Source of the DNA: Octopus vulgaris
Taxonomy: Eukaryota
Length of the DNA: 64,000 nucleotides
Assembly: GCA_951406725.2 (NCBI GenBank)
Contig: OX597814.1
Location: 14,508,001 to 14,572,000 of the forward strand
Reading direction: 5' to 3'
The notes under the pieces: model-generated
Told to the model about the DNA's origin: nothing
What the model saw: the letters and a program-made list of their open reading frames with translations, nothing else
Databases searched by the model: none
Made by a program: the position numbers and the translations under genes
In this document: in pieces, positions 26,171-40,045 of the stretch
Layout: each line of letters opens with the position of its first letter
Position numbering within the stretch: the first letter of the stretch is position 1

Positions 26171-27359
26171 AAGGTATATGCCCGGTTTGTCTGATGCTGC
26201 CCCTGGCAATTTGATGGTAATAGCGATGTGGCATGGCTTTAAACCAATATTTGTATATTTTAAAGAATATATTGTAACAACAGAAAAACAAATAAGTGTT
26301 TTTGAGAGTCTTGTTTCCATTGCTAAAGTCTGTAATCCGTATGAAGTAAACAGAAACTTTTGTTTCCATTAAGCAATTAAATAAAAATCTTTCTTGTTAG
26401 CAATTTTCCAAGTGGAAGTGGAATTTTCAGTAGTTTTAACTTAACAATTCGGATGAAAATTATTTTTGTACACTGAAGGCTGCCAGTTATAAAGCATGTA
26501 TCGAAGGAAGGAAAATAAATTGAGAAGTTAATGGTTGAAATAAACACATAGAATATAGTTGAAAACGAAAATAGAAAGCTTAAAAATAAAGAACGGAAAT
26601 GAAAGAGTTAACAGAAGAAATACGGGAATTAAAGGTGAACACAATGAGAATTACAATACAAATAGCGAAAACAAAACTTTAACGAAGTCGTATAAAAAGA
26701 AAGAAGTGTATCTAAAATTAAGAAGCCAAATAAATAACAAAAGAAGTAAAGAAACAGAACTTGAACTACTCTATTTGTTCAATCACACAACTCCGGTGAA
26801 CACTAATTTCGATGTTAATTAAATTGAAATTATTTCTTTATTTCTATGTATATTAGCTTAATTTCATGTAATACGGCATAATACCATTGTTGCTAAAATT
26901 TATTTTTTCATGCCGTATCTTATTAATGTAGTAATCTTTGTAAGCAAGGGGTAATTTAAACATCTGTTCAAATATAATAAAATTAAAAATAATACTGATA
27001 GTGCTTCTACGAAGGTTGTATATCATACAATGATCTGTATATTTTCCTCTTAAAATATAGGTTCAATTATGAAGATATGCATTATGGTAAGAGCCACAGG
27101 TGGCTGAGCCAACGGTGTTCAATGTCACCAATGAAAGACTACAATTTATATTATTATCGACCTTGCCGATAACTGTGCCAAAGACCATATTACTCAATTT
27201 AAATATTTCTGTCCACAACTTTGATGCCATAGTACTGGAAAGAGGAATACTGTAGAGATGGCAAGTTCTTTCTTAAATTTTTAGAAGGGAGTTCAAGTTA
27301 TTCTGGATTGTTGAAGAACTGATTGAAAATCACTCTGATGACTACCAACATTATTTCTT

Positions 27360-27486
27360 ATTTACATTGTTTACATTTGACGCATATTTGTCCTTGTCTT
27401 GTTTGTTAACACAAATTTTCGGATGATATACTCTCCAACCTCCATCAGGTGTCTTGGCGATGAATAATTGTAATGATAATAATAAC

Positions 27487-27556
<70 letters not shown>

Positions 27557-27730
27557 TCGAAAAAATACATTAGGAATGAGAACCCAAGTTCGAAATTTCC
27601 CCCAAGACACCTAATGAAGGCTGGAGGGTATATCAGCCGAAAGGTTGTGTTAACAACGAACAAGATGAGGACAAATATCCGTCAAATGTAAATAATGTGC
27701 ATAATTCTTCATCTCTTAAATATAGAACTG
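27360..27730. mobile_element. Two divergent copies of the HHR-SINE body around (AAT)n
   Basis: Minus HHR 27408-27453: gacac-ctgatgg-a-ggttg..catcc-gaaa-at-tt-gtgtt. Plus HHR 27606-27651: gacac-ctaatga-a-ggctg..cagcc-gaaa-gg-tt-gtgtt. Confidence 0.8.
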
Positions 27731-29909
27731 AGCCTTATTCCTTCCTTAAATATCTATTGGTCTATAATAATAGGTATCACCGAGTAAATATGATATCAGC
27801 CAACAAGTGAAAAGTTTCGACCCAAATCATGTGATAGGGAATAAACACTACACGGCTCTGTTCTTTACCCGACATACCAACTTCTGTTTCAGAAATGTTT
27901 AGTGTTGGATCAAAAAATTGTTTCTTAGTTTTCATAGCACACGTAAATTTTAGCGCCCAAGGAAATCGCCAATTTTTTCCTATTTATTGGCACTGGACCC
28001 GGACTAGATGTATTTCAGTGCCCATTGCGATGATGTATAGGTACACCAACGTATTCGTCTACTTGTGTATTGTTTTAGAGGAAGTATAATTCTTGGTAAC
28101 AACTGTTGTGATACTGCATATGTCTCTAGTCATGTGTTTCCGAGAAGACTGTGTATGTGTTTGTAAATGTGCGTGTGTCTTTGTGTTTGAGCGCGCGTGC
28201 ACGTCTTTGCGTGTATGTGTGAGTGTGTATGTGTGTGTGATCACGTGTTTGTGTAGTGTAATTTGTGACAGACATATTTTTCTGTGAATATGCATTCAGT
28301 TATTATTTAGCCAGTGTGACAGAAATATTTTTAGGATGGTACTGCACGTTGTTTCAGGTGTCCAGTGGGTTGATATCGATGCAGTACAAGTCAAAGCAAC
28401 TTTTCGGCAACATGCTGTGCTGCTCTTTGCGCCTCCAAGTCCGTCAGTTTTCGAACATTTTTGCTTCGATGTGTGAGTTGGTTACTGTAAAACATGGAAT
28501 GACGTGACGCCACTATTTTATCTATTTACTTTTGATTTTTGTAGTGTGTTAGATTTATTATGCAGACATTATATGACGGTAGCTATGCTGAACAGGCATT
28601 ATAGCATAATGAATGTATTTTCTGATTAATATGCTGTTTGTTTCAAGCATGTTAACTCAATTCTCTGAATGTGTTTCTGTGCTCTTTTCTTTTGTCTATT
28701 GTGCATTCAATGTGTGCGCGTTAACAGCATCGGAGAATAATATACGTTATTCCTAATAGAAGTCTTTTTTGTGTAGTGATGTGTTTATGATATCGCTGCT
28801 GTTTTTGTATTGCCCCGAGTCAAAAGAGTGTCAAAAGCGTTAAATCAGTGACCATCCTGCATTAGTTTTAGACAGTATATCTAAAACTACATCATTTATG
28901 TGATTTCTTTCAATCAACAATAATAGTGGTTTAACGATGTCTTTGCAACTGTTTCTAGTAGAATTCTTCATAACGTAGATACACTCGTCTCATTGTGTGC
29001 ATGGTGTTGCCGCTGGTGCTTCGGTATGTTCAATGCATCTACTACTGCATATTCCTAGGTACAAGAGTAGAGCTGAGAAACATTAGCCTAACATATCTAA
29101 CATTGTAATGATTTTCTTATTAGCTTACGATGCTTCTATGATGTTCAATACATGTAAGAAAGGAGATTGCATACTGGCCAAGGGCTACATTAAGATAAGA
29201 ATAGGTGTTATGTGGATACAACGTGAAGATGTGGCTCAAAATCGCATTTGTAGTTGTATAAAGGCAGTATTTAGCATTTGTAAATGTATAAACGCACTAT
29301 TAAAGAGAATTGTTGAAAATTGAAAATATTTGTTGAAAGTATGAAAGTATTTGTTTTAAATATAGTGAACACTGTACTTGACATATGAGTAGTAACATGA
29401 AAAATGGTTTCGATAGACATTAATGTACGTTAATTCTTAATAAGATCTTGAAGTATTATGTTGTTTTACTCTCTTAGTAAGGAATGGGGCTATAAAGAAT
29501 ATTGTGAACAGAGTTAAGTTGATTCCAACATACTGTACTTGTGTATCATATTTTAAATATTAATGTCTGAATACTTGTTGCTAATTGGAAGAAGGAATGT
29601 GCGTGTTGGGGATGTTAAGGTTGAGTATATCTAAATAAAATTTTTAAAAACTAGATAAATACGCTTCGGAGGTGACGTATCTGTCAGATGCTGCTTCAGT
29701 TTCGTGTTAGAATTATGTCATAGTATTATGATAATTTTCAAACTTCGAGAACTTCTCTGTGTTAATAGCCATAGTTAAGGATGCTAATGTGCTCGATATT
29801 CCTTATTAGAACCTTTAATGTGTTTGTAATTTTGTGGAGTACCGCGGTTTATGTTTTGCATTTTAATTTCGTGATATCTTTTCCTGTTATCTGACAGGAT
29901 AAATGTATC

Positions 29910-30325
29910 AAGGCGGTGAGCTGGCAGAATCGTTTGCACGCTGGACGAAATGGTTAGCAGTATTTCGTCTGCCGCTACGTTCTGAGTTCAAATTCCGCCG
30001 AGGTTGACTTTACCTTTCATCCTCTCGGGGTCGATTAAATAAGTACCAGTTACGCCCTGCGGTTGATATAATCGACTTAATCCGTTTGTCTGTCCTTGTT
30101 TGTCCTCTCTGTGTTTAGCCCCTTGTGGGCAGTAAAGAAATAGGTATTTCGTCTGCCGCTACCTTCTGAGTTCAAATTCCGCCGAGGTCGACTTTGCCTT
30201 TCATCCTTTCGGGGTCGATAAATTAAGTACCAGTTACGCACTGGGGTCGATATAATCGACTTAATCCGTTTGTCTGTCCTTGTTTGTCCTCTCTGTGTTT
30301 AGCCCCTTGTGGGTAGTAAAGAAAT
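29910..30325 (+). mobile_element. SINE family B, 1.7-mer subfamily
   Basis: Same internal junction (aaagaaataggtatttcgtctgccgctac) as 3406-3822. Flanking duplication atgtatcaaggc. Confidence 0.9.
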
Positions 30326-33300
30326 ATGTATCAAGGCCTTGATTATTTGAAAAGAGTGCTTCTTTTTTAAATATTTGATCCACTAGCTTGTCCTTGCGAT
30401 ATGAGTGTACTTTTTGAAGTTATCATTGTAACGTTTCAAGTGTAGTTACCCTGCTAATTATTATATATAATATCATACTACTTGTTTGTGATTTAAATCG
30501 CTTGCAAATACACTTCAGTTTTCACTTTTTAAAATAAAGTCTTTGTTTTGCTACTTAATGCTCAATTTTAATTCTGGCAATTGTGTTGGTAGCTGTAATG
30601 TTTGAGGCTGCTTTTCATTTTATTATATTGACCGTTTCAGTACTGAAATTTGATTACACAATACTTCCTCGGGTTATACTACATTAGATCTACTTTATTT
30701 ATTTATTCATTTATTTAGTTATCTAGTTATCTATTTGTTTATTTATTTTTTGCAGTATCTATGTTAAAACCGTGCTGCTATTAAATTTAGCAAATTGATA
30801 TTCTGTCTCTTTCTGTAAATTGCCCCGGTCGGATTCTTTTACGTTTCTCAAATAGCATTTTATTTTGTTCATTGATCTGTATTTATGATGATGATGATGA
30901 TGATGATATAAATGATCATAACGTACACACGGTCATAATGTACAAATGATAAGAAGAGACTTGGGATAAAAAACGTCTGCCGTAATAGATACATGGTGCA
31001 CATAGGGCTGTCGTTACAGAAGTTTTGGCATTTGGCTTGGTATTATGTGTAAGGTTCAGTGAGGGTTGTTTTGGATGTCATCCGTTTAGTACTAAGATGA
31101 CTGCATCAAATTCAACTCCAATGAATGTTGAAATATCATTGCCTTATTTCTCACTCTGGTGCGACTGTTGGTGAGATTTGTGACGCCATGAATGGTGGAG
31201 AAGCAAAACTGGTGGCTGGGTCATCTGCTTTTTCGTTATTCTCTCCCTGTCTGTTTTAAACCACTACGTTGCCAGTATTGCGTCATTATTTTTTACTATT
31301 ACATCATATTTGAGAGTAAAATTGGTCTGCGTAGTTGTTGATGATCTTGAGAGAGTTTGAAACATAGGTGACAGGTACTTTTTTTTAAGAAATTTTCGTC
31401 AACTTTGATCTGATTGTAATTTAGGTAGCTAATAAAATATCTAGATAATTTTTGTATTTATAAATTGATATTCTATTTTCTCTTGGATTCCAAGTCAATT
31501 TTTCTCCAACACTATTGTTTAATTTGGTAATTATCAGTTTTCAAAATGTGATGTCTAAACTGAGACAAAATTAATAATTTCTATAATATAGTTTCTTTAA
31601 CAGCATGGTGTGTAAAATATATCAGGAAGAGATACACTCCAGCACATCGTGAAGCAGCTATAAAGAATGTTTTACGTTAAGATTTAAATTTAGTCAAGTT
31701 GCGATAATTTCATATTGTGTGCCACTTTTCCATGATTCTCTTTCATTTGACCCAGATATTAAAAATGTTTGTTGCATTTCTGATCTTTGTGATGTATAAG
31801 GAGAGATTCCGATGTGTATGAGTCTGCTTTCAGATTTAATTCTGGAGAACTGAAGAATTTACCTTATATTGTCTTACTCATTTTGCCCCTGCTAAATAGT
31901 CAATTATATGCACAAAGAGACCGGTTGTAATTTTCTGAAACAGTGTTCTGAATATGTTATAGAGTCTTTAATTTATTTAGAAAAGGTAGTTTGCTTAGGT
32001 GATTTAGTATTTACAAGGTAGTGACATTTGTAAGAAATATATTTTACCTCAAAACCACAAAGGCTGTAAATATTATTCATTCTGCCCATAACCCCTATGC
32101 TGGTATGCATTCATATTGTTGTTTTATATTTTGACTTCTTATAAACATAGAACATACAATAATCATAAGTGTCCGAGTGGTAGTTTATGAAACATGCAAC
32201 AGTTGGTCGAGATTAGATTATCCTGACTTGAGCAGATTTTATAGGACACGTCATTCCTGACCGTATTAAAGTAGCTTTGATGACGTTTACAGATGATATA
32301 ATTACAGTTGCGTAAAGCGATATGTTATGTAGCATGGAATTCTATTATAATAATGATTAATTGTTGACAAATATACCAGTTTTTCACGCTGTCACATCGT
32401 TAATATCGCGAACAAGCTATAGACTAAGATAAAACCTTTTCAAATTATGACGAGACAGGGATTCAGACAACGTAAAACGGGTGAAAAAAAGAAACACTGA
32501 ATTACCTCTAGGCAGACTGATCATGTTTCGTTATTCTTTCCATTCATAATGGAAGCAAAGCCTAAGAATTCAAATGAGGGAGTTCGCAATTTTATAATGA
32601 TCCACATTTAGTCATATAATTTGCAGAAAACAATATTAAAGTGAAGATGAAATAGTGGCTGTCTGACATCCACAGAAAGTTACAAATTATTCATGGAGTT
32701 AGTGGAATTAACAAGGGTAATGTGCAGGATAGATCAAGTTTAAAGTAAGGATTGTGCACCTGTTTTATGTAAGGTTTACTAATGTGTTATGTAGTAAAGT
32801 GCACTATTAATAGCCGTTCCATATTTTTAATAAATTAGCTGTTGCTCAAACTCAAGTTGATCGCTTAGACGTATAATTAAAGGTGTTCCTACTGTGAAGA
32901 TCAATACCACAGTCTGCAATTTATCGTTACATTATTATTTAAAACGTCATGGTGGGAAATTTGGTAACCGTTTTGAAAACTTTGAGTGGTTACTTTGAGC
33001 TTTTCTCGTTAGCTCACAGTCTTTAAGTATAAGGTGTTCTTAATATGTTACTGAAACATGTATCTGTGGTGCAATTCTCACGCATTTACCATTCCTCTTA
33101 TTTTCGTTTAGACATTCTATTAGGTTTGAACTGAGAAACTAGTTAGAGATGTCACTAATTTAATAGTAAAGGAGATGTCATCAAGTCATTTCCCTCACAA
33201 CTATAATAGACTATAGAGATATATATTGTGTCTAAATGAATAGTCTCAAATTAGGCTGGAAAATATAACTTTGAAACTGAAATCCGCAACAATTTTTTTC

Positions 33301-34572
33301 TTATGTTTGATTTTTAATGTTCAAACTTCAAAGATAAACTATTTCACCGCCTTCTTTCATGAATTAATTTCGACGCTATTTACTAAATTTGTAATCTCAA
33401 TTTATCTTAGAGCATTTTTCGAGATTTTTTTTATTATCTTCATTTCATGCTTTGTTATAAATTTGTACAACGCAATTGTAAAGAAAATTTCCTCTCTATT
33501 CTTTTAAATATTGTAGGCAATATTTTCTCGTGATATTTATCCTCTTCCAGCACGATTTTTCAAATAATTACATTCTCAACTACCGTTAGTAAACTTTTTC
33601 TTGCCACAATCCTTCTATGTATCATTCATTCTCGTTAGTTATCAAAAATATATTTGTTGTAATTGCAACATCGTCATAGTTACCAGCATCGTACTTGTCT
33701 TCTTATGCCTCTGCTTCCAACTGCTCATTATTATTCCAATCAAAGTCATCAACATTATCACCATAACTGACGCCACTTTGAAGATTATGACTGAGCTCAA
33801 ATAATAACTAAATAATTCACAGAGGCACGATCATAACGAATCAATATTCGAGCGAAAGTGGAAACCACAAAATGCAATACTTAGCTGCAAATCCACATAA
33901 CACAGCAACATGAGAGTCGATATAAGTGCAATGCAATCACTATTTACTCAACGTTTTTTTAGAATATACAAAAGCAACATAGCAATCAGTAATATATTGA
34001 TAACATTATACTCAGTGCAGCACCGTGAATACTATTGACTTCACATTCCAGTGTCAACAGAATTAGCGATGGCCCATCACTATAAAATAACATATAGCGT
34101 AGAAACAATACATGAAGAACAGTATTGGAAATACCTGTAAAATAAATAATACGATTATCGCCTCACAGTGTAAAATCTAAAGCACATATTTCAACGCAAA
34201 CCAAGAAGACGTCACTCAACAGAATCGAAAATCGCGCAAGTTAATATAAACCTAGATCATAATCGTCTCCACAGAAGCTTAGACTACATAGTTCTATACA
34301 TCCCTCCAGCACGAGCATAGAATATATATATATATATATCAACACAATCCTAGAATAAATACCTGCGCAAAGTCCAGAGCGCATAAAATGGTTTCGGTTA
34401 AATCTATCTCGAACTTTACAATACCATTTATAAAACGGAACAATACATTTAACTGCAGGGTCAAATGAAAAGTGTGCCTAAACGCTTTGGCGCTGTCGCG
34501 ACTGGAATGCCTCTGAACGAAGACTTCTTCAGAAGCAAAGAGATTTTTAGTTCGATTTAGTTCGACCTGCTA

Positions 34573-35391
34573 TTGGATTGGCAACTAAGTTCCCACCTCT
34601 TTTTTAAATTTTGGAATTTATTGTTTTCGAGAATTCTAATTTTGAATCATTTCGGAATCTATTTTTTTCTAGTTAATTTTAGTTAATTTTTGTTTATTGT
34701 CAGATCATTAAAATGAAATGTCAAGTTAAGAAAAACGAGCATTTTCGACACTGCTTTCTCTTTGATTTTAATCAAGGTTCTAAAGCCGCAAAAGCTGCTC
34801 GCGACATATGTGCTGTGTATGGAGAGAGTGCATATCTGAAAGAACCGCTCGTTATTGGTATGCCAAGTTCAAAAATGAAAAATTTTACCTCAAAGACGCA
34901 CCTCGACGCACGGAACCAAACGGTCAACGCGGAAGTCTATGTTCAACAGATGGAACGACTCAACACGGCTATTCAAGAGAAAATACCTAATTGTCAGCAT
35001 GGAGTTCTTCTGCTGCACGACACTACCCACCCTCATATCGCCAATATGACCAAGGAAGCCATTCAAACGTATAGCTGGGAAGTGCAGCCAAACCCGCCGT
35101 ACTTTTCTGATTTGGCACCAACGGATTTTCATCTCTTTCGATGTTTTTTAAATGCCATGCGCGGAGTTTCGTTCAATACTGGTGCAGAACTGAGAGCTTA
35201 TGTGAATCAATTTATCGAGTCGAAATCGGGTGATTTCTACCAACGAGGTATTGAAAATATTGTTGAACGTTGGCAAGAAGTTGTAAACAACAAGGGTGAA
35301 TACATTATTGATTAATTAGTTGTTAGTTTTTATTAAACCTTTAAACAAAATTAATTTTAAAAAAACGCCGGGAAATTAGTTGCAAACTCAA
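34573..35391 (+). mobile_element. Internally deleted mariner (DD34D) transposon
   Basis: TA-flanked TIRs ttggattggcaactaagttccc / gggaaattagttgcaaactcaa. ORF 34713-35315 has an N-terminal HTH, LLLHDTTHPH and PPYFSDLAPTDFHLF. The central part (WVPHEL, first D) is missing and there is a frameshift. Confidence 0.92.
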
Positions 35392-36484
35392 TAGAAATAT
35401 AAGCCAAATTTTCAACGGTCATTCCCATCCTCTTTGCGATAATTTAAGACTAATTAATGTAAAAACACACTGAATAATGCAGACCTAAGTATGTTACGCC
35501 TGAGGAAAACACAAGACAGTCATGGATGAATTACTTTTATTCATAGATATGCTTATCTAAGTCATATTCGAGCTAAACAACAACTTTAAAAGAAAGCCGG
35601 AAAGCTATTATCATAAATCACCAAATAAAACTGTCAAACAGCAATTAATACAGGTAAGCAGTTATGACAAAGCTAAAAGATTCTCTGTTAATTTAAATAT
35701 CCCATTTAGTTACAAAAAGGAAAACAAAATCCTAGTGTTAATTGCTGATGGCATTCCAATTTAACAGAATTTATATACATGCTTATTGAACATTTTTATT
35801 AGGCAAAGGGTTATATATGACATTACTGCGCCTCGTTAGCGAAGTATGGTTAATACGCTAGAAAAATCGACAGATCCTTTACGTGCAAAGAGTTATGTAG
35901 ACTTTTGACCAGTAGTAATTTGCATAATGAGGTAGTCGAAATAACAAAAGTCGGTTAATAGCAGGTATTTAAATTAATCAGATAAGGGACGACGAAAGCG
36001 AAATATCTCAATCAATTGAAGTTAGCCTCTTGGTATGAAAGATGGGAATCACCAACCGCTAATTGCTCACGTCTCCCAAAGTAAAGGGGGAAATAATTCC
36101 AAGAAATGAAAAACTACAGTAATAGTTCTAACATTAAAATAATTTTGCCGTCTTATATAGCTTGATTTGCATTTTTACATGATACATGTTATCTTATTCC
36201 TGATTATGTTTCATCTCTAATTGGAGCTTAACGTTTTCATGTGATTCTTATCGTAAACGGCGTCCTGTCTGTTTTGTAAATACTATCACAAGTGAATGAG
36301 TTGTTATGAATGCAATTGTTGAATGCTTCATCTCTTAATTCTAGTGAGACGTCCGCAGACTGTAGTATTACTCTAAAACACTGTCCTTGATTTATATTGA
36401 TTACAGATAAGCTATATCTTCTTAGATAGTCTTTTACGATAAGGAGGATTTACTATCTATTCTACTTTATTTCTAAGTTATTCT

Positions 36485-36534
<50 letters not shown>

Positions 36535-37495
36535 ATCCTTTTGAATGGATGCAGGTATCATGTATGTTATGTGTGAGAGGGAGAAAGTTGAGAAAGAGAT
36601 AGGATGTGTGTGCTTTGTAATGCACATTCAGGATTAAATATTTCTAGCTTATGGACACAGTTATTAAAGCAGATGGTTGTATTCTCATTCATTAGGTATC
36701 TTACGTATCTTTCATGGCACTGAATGGAAGCTGGAGCTCGTAATTTGGATGGACACCCATGGGTATGGGTTTTCGATAAACATGTGTTGTGTTTTGACAC
36801 TCTTCGGAATGTCACATCATGATATACATTTTATCGCAGTTAATTAGTGTTTAATATTTTCAGTATATATTTCATCGATTTGCATATTGCTTCCATACTA
36901 TTCAGTAAGATTTTATGATCTCTGTGGGTGTGAGCTTTATGTTCAGATATACCATGTTTTATTGTACACATAAAACATCACATGTGATAATGATGAAACG
37001 CAAGACTAACTATTCAAATTTGTAATATATTTCCAGTAAGACATTTTTCTGTACTTTTGTTTAGATTTTTAGCTTTCACTGGTTTCGGTATTTAGTCTGT
37101 GGCTATGAAGTGGCCCGCTTTCAAAGGCTTCATTCAATTTTATTGATCTCAGTTCGCTATCAGGTAATTTTATGTCGATATCGTAGGAGTTTGGAAGACA
37201 AGGTTGACGGAACATCAACGAATGTAACTGAGATGAAGCAAAGTATCACAAGACTATTTTCAGTTCGACGTAACATTTTAGTATATAAAGCAAATACACA
37301 CACACACGCAAACACACAAACACACACACATATACATACAAGCACACACACACACACAAACTATATATGTTTATATGACTATGATTGTGAACACGCCCAC
37401 GCGTGTGTGTAGGGAGATATGCACACGTATATAACCCTAATTTCCTATGTACACACGCATTCACATATATTTCTATGCACATATTCATAAGTGTA

Positions 37496-37886
37496 GTGGA
37501 GGCGCAATGGCCCAGTGGTTAGGGCAGCGGACTCGCGGTCATAGGATCGCGGTTTCGATTCCCAGACCGGGCGTTGTGAGTGTTTATTGAGCGAAAACAC
37601 CTAAAGCTCCACGAGGCTCCGGCAGGGGATGGTGGTGATCCCTGCTGTACTCTTTCACCACAACTTTCTCTCACTCTTACTTCCTGTTTCTGTTGTACCT
37701 GCATTTCAAAGGGCCGGCCTTGTCACTCTCTGTGTCACGCTGAATATCCCCGAGAACTACGTTAAGGGTACACGTGTCTGTGGAGTGCTCAGCCACTTAC
37801 ACGTTAATTTCACGAGCAGGCTGTTCCGTTGATTCGGATCAACCGGAACCCTCGTCGTCGTAACCGACGGAGTGCTTCCTATTCCA
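37496..37886 (+). mobile_element. SINE family D (tail type 1) with 13-bp TSD
   Basis: TSD attcataagtgta at 37483-37495 and 37887-37899; A and B boxes present. Confidence 0.9.
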
Positions 37887-38673
37887 ATTCATAAGTGTAT
37901 ATACATATAGATGAACATATATTTATGTTCATATGTATATGCACACATCAGTCTAGGGAACTCTGTTATCACTTCAATGAATGAGGAATCAGCAAGACAC
38001 ATACGCACAATCTTAGTTTAATGATTTGTCTTTTATTTAGTAGGTTTACTAAATCCATATCTTTCCCAAATCCGTTGAAAATTACTATTCCTCAATAGTA
38101 GCCTGTGTGCGATGTCAAAACAGTAGAATTCCAAGAGCATGCTCCTCCTATCTCTGTTGCCTCAGCCACTTTTCCTAGCGACACTGAATTAATGAAGGGC
38201 GATCGTCTTTGTGTTGCTGTAATGGCTTCATAACCTGTACAATGAATATTATTTTATTGGCCTTGGTGTCTGGTGAAAATAGTATTACGTATCGAGTAGC
38301 TTTCAGAATGCAGGATTCATATGGAGCTAACTATTCTTAGATCAGCAGCTAAAGTGTTAAGGAGTTTCGTCTACAATGGGTCCATAGGGACATGTTAATT
38401 CACTCATAAATCGGACCATGCGGTTCTGAATGAATCTGTGAATTATTGGAGCTACGAGGGATTTCTACACGCCTTCAGATACTTAGAATACTTATATATA
38501 TGTATATATATATATATCAGTGAATTATTGTATTATCGTTTGTTTCCAGTTAACACGAAAAATTCAATAAACAGTTACCAGTATAACAAAATTTACGCAA
38601 GTAACAAGGATGTAGCGACCTATTCAAAGGTAGAAGCACCGGGTTAATGTGCAGTAATTTGTATAGTGTAAGT

Positions 38674-38890
38674 AAATAAATGGAGTTGAACGCAGGTGTT
38701 ATTCAAATTGTTTTACTTTCGACGTATGTTTCGAAGACAACATTGGTTTTATTCCAAAGTAATAAGCGGTGTAAGATAATGTAATATTCTCATCAGGAAA
38801 GAGAGAGCACCCATCTCAACAACAAGACATTATAACGTATGTCGAAAGTAAAAGAACTTGAATAACACCTGCGTTCAACTCCATTTATTT
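38674..38890. repeat. Fold-back element, 57-bp inverted arms
   Basis: 38674-38730 versus 38834-38890. The right arm lies within 3 nt of (TA)n. Confidence 0.9.
38716..38801 (-). ncRNA. Type I hammerhead ribozyme
   Basis: Minus strand ctttc-CTGATGA-gaa..(long stem II)..ttc-GAAA-catacg-TC-gaaag; canonical core, GUC site. Confidence 0.8.
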
Positions 38891-38892
38891 TC

Positions 38893-38964
<72 letters not shown>

Positions 38965-39087
38965 GTATGTATGTATATACATATATATTTATATATGTGT
39001 GTGTGTGGATGTATATATATATATATATATATATACATAGATAAATATTGGTGCCTTGTTGTACCACTACTCTCTCTCTCTCTCTCT

Positions 39088-39131
<44 letters not shown>

Positions 39132-39233
39132 TCGGGGTGAGTACTTGATAATTATAAGCACCTGTGTATACCGTTTGGTGGTGTAGGTGGTGGAGTAAAT
39201 TGATCAAAAGAAAAACATGATGCCAAGGAATCA

Positions 39234-39311
39234 GCGGTACATATGTTTCGGGCCTTTATTAGACAGATTTATAACAATGCATAATGTATGTCTGTGGCCT
39301 TCTTCAGCCGC
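39234..39311 (-). ncRNA. Type I hammerhead ribozyme (mirror copy)
   Basis: Reverse complement of 39582-39659. Confidence 0.75.
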
Positions 39312-39581
39312 GCACAACAGCTTCCACAAGGACATGTGTTACATCAAAAATTCTTGGTTGGGGATGCAAATCCTCTCATTCGCGTACGACATAATGCGGC
39401 AACAGCATAGAATTGAAGCGTCCATATCTTTCTTCTCTCAATGATTCTACATTGAGATAAGAAAGAGATGGACGCTTCAATTCTATGCTGTTGCCGCATT
39501 ATGTCGTACGCGAATGAGAGGATTTGCATCCCCAACCAAGAATTTTTGATGTAACACATGTCCTTGTGGAAGCTGTTGTGC

Positions 39582-39659
39582 GCGGCTGAAGAAGGCCACA
39601 GACATACATTATGCATTGTTATAAATCTGTCTAATAAAGGCCCGAAACATATGTACCGC
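39582..39659 (+). ncRNA. Type I hammerhead ribozyme
   Basis: gcgg-CTGAAGA-a ggcc..ggcc c-GAAA-catatg-TA-ccgc; palindromic stem III (acatatgt), GUA site. Confidence 0.75.
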
Positions 39660-39716
39660 TGAATCCTTGGCATCATGTTTTTATTTTGATCAATATATAT
39701 ATATATATATATAAAT

Positions 39717-39745
<29 letters not shown>

Positions 39746-39754
<9 letters not shown>

Positions 39755-39870
39755 GAAGGAGCTTCTACGGGACTAGAACTGTTTCATTCAAGAGAAATCT
39801 TCAGGAGCTTCCTGAAGATTTCTCTTGAATGAAACAGTTCTAGTCCTGTAGAAGCTCCTTCTATATAATA
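39746..39870. repeat. Hairpin with 61-bp arms and a 3-nt loop
   Basis: 39746-39806 versus 39810-39870, 1 mismatch. Unique tail continues to ~39942, then (TA)n. Confidence 0.95.
39803..39859 (+). ncRNA. Type I hammerhead ribozyme
   Basis: aggagcttc-CTGAAGA-t ttc tctt gaa t-GAAA-cag ttctagtc ctg-TA-gaagctcct; 9-bp stem I, GUA site. Confidence 0.8.
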
Positions 39871-39939
39871 AATTAATTTTACTCTGCTATGTATTGAGTA
39901 CCTTATTTACTGTGGTTAACCCCGAATCAACCCGGGACC

Positions 39940-39989
<50 letters not shown>

Positions 39990-40045
39990 TATATGTATAT
40001 AAAACAATAAATGGTGGGGCTGTGTTGACCGCACGTGGAGAAATG

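Larger units (their letters stand above)
39199..39694. repeat. Near-perfect 496-bp palindrome (245-bp arms, 6-nt loop)
   Basis: 39199-39443 versus 39450-39694, 4 mismatches counted by eye. The ORF track shows the same peptide on both strands. Confidence 0.97.

Noticed and set aside
28300-30700. Possible very old LINE remnant on the minus strand
   Set aside because: Only faint motif hints; I could not support a call by eye.
34713-35315. 200-aa transposase ORF as a functional gene
   Set aside because: A frameshift and a central deletion remove WVPHEL and the first catalytic D; the open frame is fortuitous.
39217-39676. Two ORFs encoding nearly identical peptides on opposite strands
   Set aside because: A by-product of the DNA palindrome; no recognisable protein motif.
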